Assembly (NCBI RefSeq): GCF_000020025.1
Contig: NC_010628.1
Location: 7,590,001-7,622,000, forward strand
DNA: 32,000 nucleotides
Source: Nostoc punctiforme PCC 73102
GTDB lineage: Bacteria; Cyanobacteriota; Cyanobacteriia; Cyanobacteriales; Nostocaceae
Reading direction: 5' to 3'
Shown in pieces: positions 27,496 to 32,000 of this stretch. The position numbers and the translations under genes were made by a program. Positions within the stretch are counted from its first letter, which is position 1; every line of letters starts with the position of its first letter. A model generated the notes under the pieces. It was not told where the DNA came from and searched no databases. It saw nothing but the letters and a program-made list of their open reading frames with translations.

Positions 27496-29373
27496 TTAAC
27501 TTTTCTGGCAGTGATAAAGTTGATATTCGTAGCCGTCCACACCTGGCAAAGATTGATTATTAGATACGGCGCATGTTTTGACGGCTTCTGCTACGGGTGC
27601 GTGAAAGTTTACCAGCCACAAGTCAAAAGGTCGTGGTAGCGTCTTTAAGGTATTTTCTAGAGCAATGGTGGAAGTATTCGGATCTTGATATTGATGGGCA
27701 AGGAGAAACAAAGAATTTTGGGGCGAATTGGCAAGTTTCAACTCCCTAGCTACCCCCATCATTTCCCCAGTTTGTATATAACTTTTGTGAGTAGTGGCAA
27801 TCAGAACTGGTACTGGGGATATTTGTTGGATGAGTTGCACAAACAGGTCAGGGCGATAATATTTTTGATAGCCGAGATTGCAGATTACTGTGACTGCACT
27901 AAAAAATCCCATTAACCAAATTAACATCACGGCTTTTTTACCGTTTATTCCCCATTTACCTATGCTTTCTATGCCATTTTTCCCTTGTTCTCTTTCCATC
28001 AATTCTTGGGGAGGATGCCAACAAACTGCAAGACTTGCACCTAGTAAGACAACGATCGCAGGATAGTAAACAAAGTTATATCTAGCGCCTCTGGTCAGGT
28101 CAATACCTAAAAAGTAAGTAAAGATCAAAAATAAAGCGATCGCACTGACTGCAACTCCAATAAACACCTGAATCATAATCCGGTTTTCTGGATGCTGTAG
28201 TTGAATTTTGATCCCACGCAGCAAAATTGGTACTGCCCAAATAAAGAAAGTCAGCATCACTATTCCAGAAGGAATCACCACCAAAGCTTGAGAAGATTCA
28301 ACTGGTAACAGGGAAATCATTGCAATCAATGTTCCTAAAGCTTGAAAAATTGGGCTTAACCAATCTAGTCCAACGCGCGAACCTCGAATCCACTCGGTCA
28401 AAATCCCACGATTTTTGTTCTCTAACAAGATTGGTATCCAAATTAAACCCGCCACCAAAGTACCTACCGCAACGGCATAAATGCGCCGCCAGACAGAAGA
28501 GAAGAAGAAAGAAAATTTGGTGCTAGTTTGCAATTGAAGCCAAGCCAGAGAAATCAAAACTACGGCTTCTGTGTAGAGGGTGAAGGTGAAAAAATAATGA
28601 GTAGCAATACCTAAAGCATTAATTACTACCCAGGAAAGTGCTACCCATATAGGTAAAGGTGTGCGGTTTTGAATATGACGTGTGGCAATTACTAAGCAGG
28701 TGAGAGAACCAATCACCCATAACATTGCCAAAGTATAATGACGTGCTTCTTGTGCTAAAAATACGGCGTAGGGTGATACTGCGATCGTGGCAGCAGCCAA
28801 TTGTCCTACTATTCTCGAACGAAATGCTACTTTACCTAATACGTAAACACACGGAATTGAGGCAGCACCGAATATCGCAGGTAGCGATCGCGCTGCAAAT
28901 AGCGATACTAATCCTCCCTCGCTAGGGAATAATTTCATCCACAGGTAAGCCAGCACAAAATACAGAGGTGGATGGCTATCTTGTGTAGCTAAGTTATGAA
29001 CCACATCACCAATACTAGCCACTGGATTTGGTTGGAGTGGTTGTAATAAGATATCGGGTGCGATCGCCCGATCTAGGGGTACTGATAAAAAATTGTTACC
29101 CAAGCTAAACACCAAGGTGGAAAACTCATCAGTCCAAGGAGACTTTGCTGTCAAGTTGGTTAGGCGTAAGCTAATGCCGATAAGCAACCACATCAACATC
29201 AGCAAAGGGTGAAGCCAGGAAGGTGGGAAGCGAACTTGCCAGTAACTATACCAGTGTTTGTGCTGTGAGGCAGAATTACTATCTACAATCTGTACACAAG
29301 GGTCAGTAGATGCAGGTAGCAACGAGATAATTTTTTTGTAAAAATAAAATGCACCTTTGAAAATAACTCTCAT
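27496..29373 (-). CDS. GT-C fold glycosyltransferase, family 39 (PMT/ArnT-like), polytopic membrane protein
   Basis: The protein is 625 aa with more than 10 hydrophobic segments. An acidic DE motif sits in the first extracytoplasmic loop (SPWTDEFSTLVFS). PPLYF and aromatic-rich blocks typical of ArnT/PMT-like enzymes are present, followed by a soluble C-terminal domain. Confidence 0.75.
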   Translation of the reverse strand: MRVIFKGAFYFYKKIISLLPASTDPCVQIVDSNSASQHKHWYSYWQVRFPPSWLHPLLMLMWLLIGISLRLTNLTAKSPWTDEFSTLVFSLGNNFLSVPLDRAIAPDILLQPLQPNPVASIGDVVHNLATQDSHPPLYFVLAYLWMKLFPSEGGLVSLFAARSLPAIFGAASIPCVYVLGKVAFRSRIVGQLAAATIAVSPYAVFLAQEARHYTLAMLWVIGSLTCLVIATRHIQNRTPLPIWVALSWVVINALGIATHYFFTFTLYTEAVVLISLAWLQLQTSTKFSFFFSSVWRRIYAVAVGTLVAGLIWIPILLENKNRGILTEWIRGSRVGLDWLSPIFQALGTLIAMISLLPVESSQALVVIPSGIVMLTFFIWAVPILLRGIKIQLQHPENRIMIQVFIGVAVSAIALFLIFTYFLGIDLTRGARYNFVYYPAIVVLLGASLAVCWHPPQELMEREQGKNGIESIGKWGINGKKAVMLIWLMGFFSAVTVICNLGYQKYYRPDLFVQLIQQISPVPVLIATTHKSYIQTGEMMGVARELKLANSPQNSLFLLAHQYQDPNTSTIALENTLKTLPRPFDLWLVNFHAPVAEAVKTCAVSNNQSLPGVDGYEYQLYHCQKS

Positions 29374-30363
29374 TGCCGGACCTTATACAAATGGATTTGT
29401 AGATTTGACGTTTGAAATTTAAGTTCGTTCTAAAATCTAAGAACAAAAATCAAAATCTCAAATCCCTCGTTGTGATTATTTAACGTTAGTGACGCGCTAG
29501 CTAAGTTTCATACTATTTAGGAGGGGATTCAAACCCCTTCTAAATCAAACCTTTTGCCTTCTTAAACTGAATTTTAAGTTTAACCACTATTTTGTGTTAA
29601 GTATCAACGCTTACACAATTTTTTATCCAAAAAATTAATCAATACTGTACCATTAAGTCAGCGAAGTCAGCAAATATACAGTCGATCGAGACTATGTAAA
29701 GACTTGTTTATATTAGTTATACTAATATATTAATCTAAAATCATAGTTGGTTAATAACTATAAGTTAAAAAAAGTACTAGTTTACCAAATTTTAAAGTTG
29801 GTGGTCAACAAAAAAGTAATGGCTACAAATTAAGAACTAATTGAATTCTGAATCCTGAGTTATTATTGAATTCAGCTAACTATCAAGACAATTTAGCTAT
29901 ACAGTTAGATATTTTCAAGGCACAGCAATGCTGCGTTGCCATAAAAAATGTAGTTAAAATCTAATGAAGACCGCTTTAAATAGCGATCGTAAGAGCCGTA
30001 AAGCAATTCAAAATCCAAAATGTTCATGTAGCAGCTTCATAGATAAAAAGCACAATACTAGCAAGCTTCTTGGCATTCAGAATGCCCAGATCGGATACAT
30101 ATTAGCTTCTTAAAGTCAAGAGATTTGCACTTTTCCAAAAATTTATCGACATATATAAAAATAAAATTAACAAAAATTAATATTCGTGTAAATTAAGTAT
30201 ACTATTTAGCAGCCATTGGATTGTAAATCTCTCAAAAGTAACAGCATAAAATCCCCCAACAGGGCATTGCAAAAAAGGTGAAAATTTTGTTTGTTATTAA
30301 TTTAGTGCCTTTATTTATTGTTGGTATTGAGTAAATAAACATCTAAAAAATACAGGGTAGATC

Positions 30364-31287
30364 ATGCATATTCCTGATGGATTTGTTTCTGTTCCGGTGG
30401 CAGGGGCTACTGGTTTAGCCAGTGTAGCAGCACTTTTTATTGCCTTCGAGCGATCGCAAGAAGCTTTTGGTATCCGTCGTGCGCCCATACTGGGATTAAC
30501 CACTGCCTTCATTTTTGCCGCCCAGATGATCAATTTTCCGGTAGCTGGAGGTACTAGTGGTCACTTATTAGGAGGAACCTTAGCTGCGATCGTTTTGGGT
30601 AGTCCGTGGGCAGGGACGTTGTGTATTGCCACAGTTTTAATTATTCAAGCTGTGCTATTTGCTGATGGTGGCATTACAGCCTTGGGAGCAAACATTTTCA
30701 ATATGGCAGTAGTTGGTGTTTGGGTAGGCTGGATTTTAACCCAAACCTTGCAACGGCTGTTGGGGGGATTTAAAGGGCGTTTACCCCTAGCTGCTGGTAT
30801 AGCTGCTGGTGTAAGTGTAGTGGTAGCTGCTATAGCTTGTGCTATTGAGTTAGCCCTCTCTGGTACTGCACCTGTAGCCATAGTTTTACCAGCTATGACT
30901 GGCGTACATATTTTGATTGGCATTGGCGAAGGGATAATTACTGGGGGTGTGCTGACTTATTTAGCTACAGCCCGACCAGATTTGTTACCAGGGGAACAGC
31001 AGGAATTTCGCGGGTGGTCAGTGCCTATTGTCACCATTTTCTTGATTGCAGGAGTGCTTTCACTCTTTGCCTCAGCCTGGCCTGATGGTTTGGAAAAAGT
31101 CGCTGAAAAGACAGGTTTCATTGATTTAGCTGCAAAAGTCCGGGTAATTGTGCCGACTCCCTTAGCTGACTATAGTATTAAGGGTTTGGGGCCAATTGGT
31201 ACTAGTATCGCTGGACTTATGGGAGCTACAGTTTGCTTTGCTGTAGCCTTTGGGATTGCCAAGGTGGTGAAACCGAAGAATGCTTAA
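30364..31287 (+). CDS. cbiM: ECF-type nickel/cobalt transporter substrate-capture component, CbiM/NikM with a C-terminal PDGLE-domain extension
   Basis: The N-terminus MHIPDGF is the metal-ligating end obligatory for CbiM/NikM. Multiple TM helices follow. The C-terminal WPDGLEKV motif marks a PDGLE domain. The downstream cbiQ overlaps by 8 nt. Confidence 0.85.
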   Translation: MHIPDGFVSVPVAGATGLASVAALFIAFERSQEAFGIRRAPILGLTTAFIFAAQMINFPVAGGTSGHLLGGTLAAIVLGSPWAGTLCIATVLIIQAVLFADGGITALGANIFNMAVVGVWVGWILTQTLQRLLGGFKGRLPLAAGIAAGVSVVVAAIACAIELALSGTAPVAIVLPAMTGVHILIGIGEGIITGGVLTYLATARPDLLPGEQQEFRGWSVPIVTIFLIAGVLSLFASAWPDGLEKVAEKTGFIDLAAKVRVIVPTPLADYSIKGLGPIGTSIAGLMGATVCFAVAFGIAKVVKPKNA

Positions 31288-31933
31288 ACTTTCTTTGCCA
31301 TTGCGTTTGCAGCTGTCTCTAGTGATTGTCGTGGGAGCAGCGTTACTAAAATATCATGCTTGGTATTGCTTAGGTGTATATGCCGCGATCGCACTTTTGT
31401 GGGCTTGGCTGTTGCACGTATCAATTCGCCACTTGGGAGGATTACTCGGTACAGAATTGATTTTTTTGTCATTGCTAGCCTTGCCTTTGGGATGGGAAAG
31501 AGCCAGCTTTTTACTGCTTCGTTCGCTGGTTTGTCTAGTTACTATGAATAGTTTTTTGTTAACCTTACCGCCCCACAGTTTTGGTATAGCCCTGAAAGGC
31601 TTACCCGTACCAGCACCTTTAAAAGAAAACTTGTTGTTAGCTGGGCAATATATGGAAATTTTGCTCTCAGAAGTAACCCGGATGCAGCGCAGCGCTCAAT
31701 TACGTGGTCTGCATGGAACTGCGGGATGGTTGCGCTACGCCAGTGCTGCCATGATCGGAGCCTTGTATCTCCGCAGTCTGGATAGGGCAGAACGAGTCTA
31801 TGGGGCAATGGTAGCTCGCGGTTACAACGGGCAATTGCCCATCGATTCTCCTCTCAGACCGAAAGAGCGTTTTGCCGTATTACTAGCTTGTGCGATCGCT
31901 GCTACTGTAACCCTAACTTCTTACAAAATTTAA
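31280..31933 (+). CDS. cbiQ: ECF transporter transmembrane (T) component CbiQ/NikQ
   Basis: The 217-aa hydrophobic protein is translationally coupled to cbiM (ATGCTTAA overlap). The ARG-type motif (MVARGY) is typical of CbiQ/EcfT coupling helices. Confidence 0.75.
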   Translation: MLKLSLPLRLQLSLVIVVGAALLKYHAWYCLGVYAAIALLWAWLLHVSIRHLGGLLGTELIFLSLLALPLGWERASFLLLRSLVCLVTMNSFLLTLPPHSFGIALKGLPVPAPLKENLLLAGQYMEILLSEVTRMQRSAQLRGLHGTAGWLRYASAAMIGALYLRSLDRAERVYGAMVARGYNGQLPIDSPLRPKERFAVLLACAIAATVTLTSYKI

Positions 31934-32000
31934 CCCAATTCTCACTCCGCAATATTGAGTTTGTGAATCTTGAAATCTTTAACATCTAATCCCCAACCAC

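Noticed and set aside
29964-30113. A 49-aa small ORF (MKTALNSDRKSRKAIQNPKCSCSSFIDKKHNTSKLLGIQNAQIGYILAS) in the long intergenic region.
   Set aside because: It has no Shine-Dalgarno-like sequence upstream and no recognisable motif. An ORF of this length arises easily by chance. I cannot support it without conservation or ribosome-profiling data.
30188-30202. An NtcA-like site, GTA-N-TAC, upstream of nikM.
   Set aside because: The spacing is 9 nt (gta aattaagta tac) rather than the required GTA-N8-TAC, and no -10 box sits at the proper distance.
30100-30363. A cobalamin or NiCo riboswitch upstream of cbiM/nikM.
   Set aside because: I could not find a B12-box-like core (GCCACTG-type) or the GC-rich four-way-junction strands expected for NiCo. 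The leader is almost entirely AT-rich. A covariance-model scan would be needed to exclude it formally.

Overview
This is a chromosomal segment from a filamentous, Nostoc/Anabaena-like cyanobacterium. The taxon call rests on the dense HIP1 octamer GCGATCGC, STRR-type heptamer arrays, GTAGGGGCAATT-type hairpins and a flavodoxin very close to the Anabaena type. I support about 24 intact genes: a 3' fragment of a thioredoxin-like gene; pyrH-frr; a fused double-ATPase ABC protein; ureE-ureF-ureG; three AT-rich orphan membrane/secreted genes; a 1174-aa STAND ATPase with 14 WD40 repeats; two tandem paralogous sensor histidine kinases; an acyltransferase; a DUF2127 protein; tRNA-Ala(UGC); trhO; an alpha/beta hydrolase; flavodoxin; a small secreted protein; an 842-aa nucleotidyltransferase/PMM-like fusion next to a GT-C (GT39) glycosyltransferase; and nikM(cbiM)-cbiQ. 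Two genes are decayed: a geranylgeranyl-reductase-family gene with a 1-nt frameshift, and a Uma2 endonuclease remnant. No canonical defence, CRISPR, prophage or biosynthetic cluster is visible. The most interesting signals are listed here. (1) In the kinase pair, the larger paralog keeps its H-box but has degenerate ATP-binding motifs. (2) That paralog also carries an in-frame insertion made of two opposed heptamer arrays. (3) A 110-bp MITE-like element is flanked by a 10-bp direct duplication. (4) Small dispersed repeats are nested inside each other, with the empty and filled states all present in this window. (5) The sugar-nucleotide/GT-C pair has a PMM-like domain that lacks the catalytic Ser and the metal-binding Asp residues. 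(6) The STAND-WD40 gene sits next to a HIP1-free, AT-rich orphan block. All functional calls come from by-eye motif recognition, and no searches were run.
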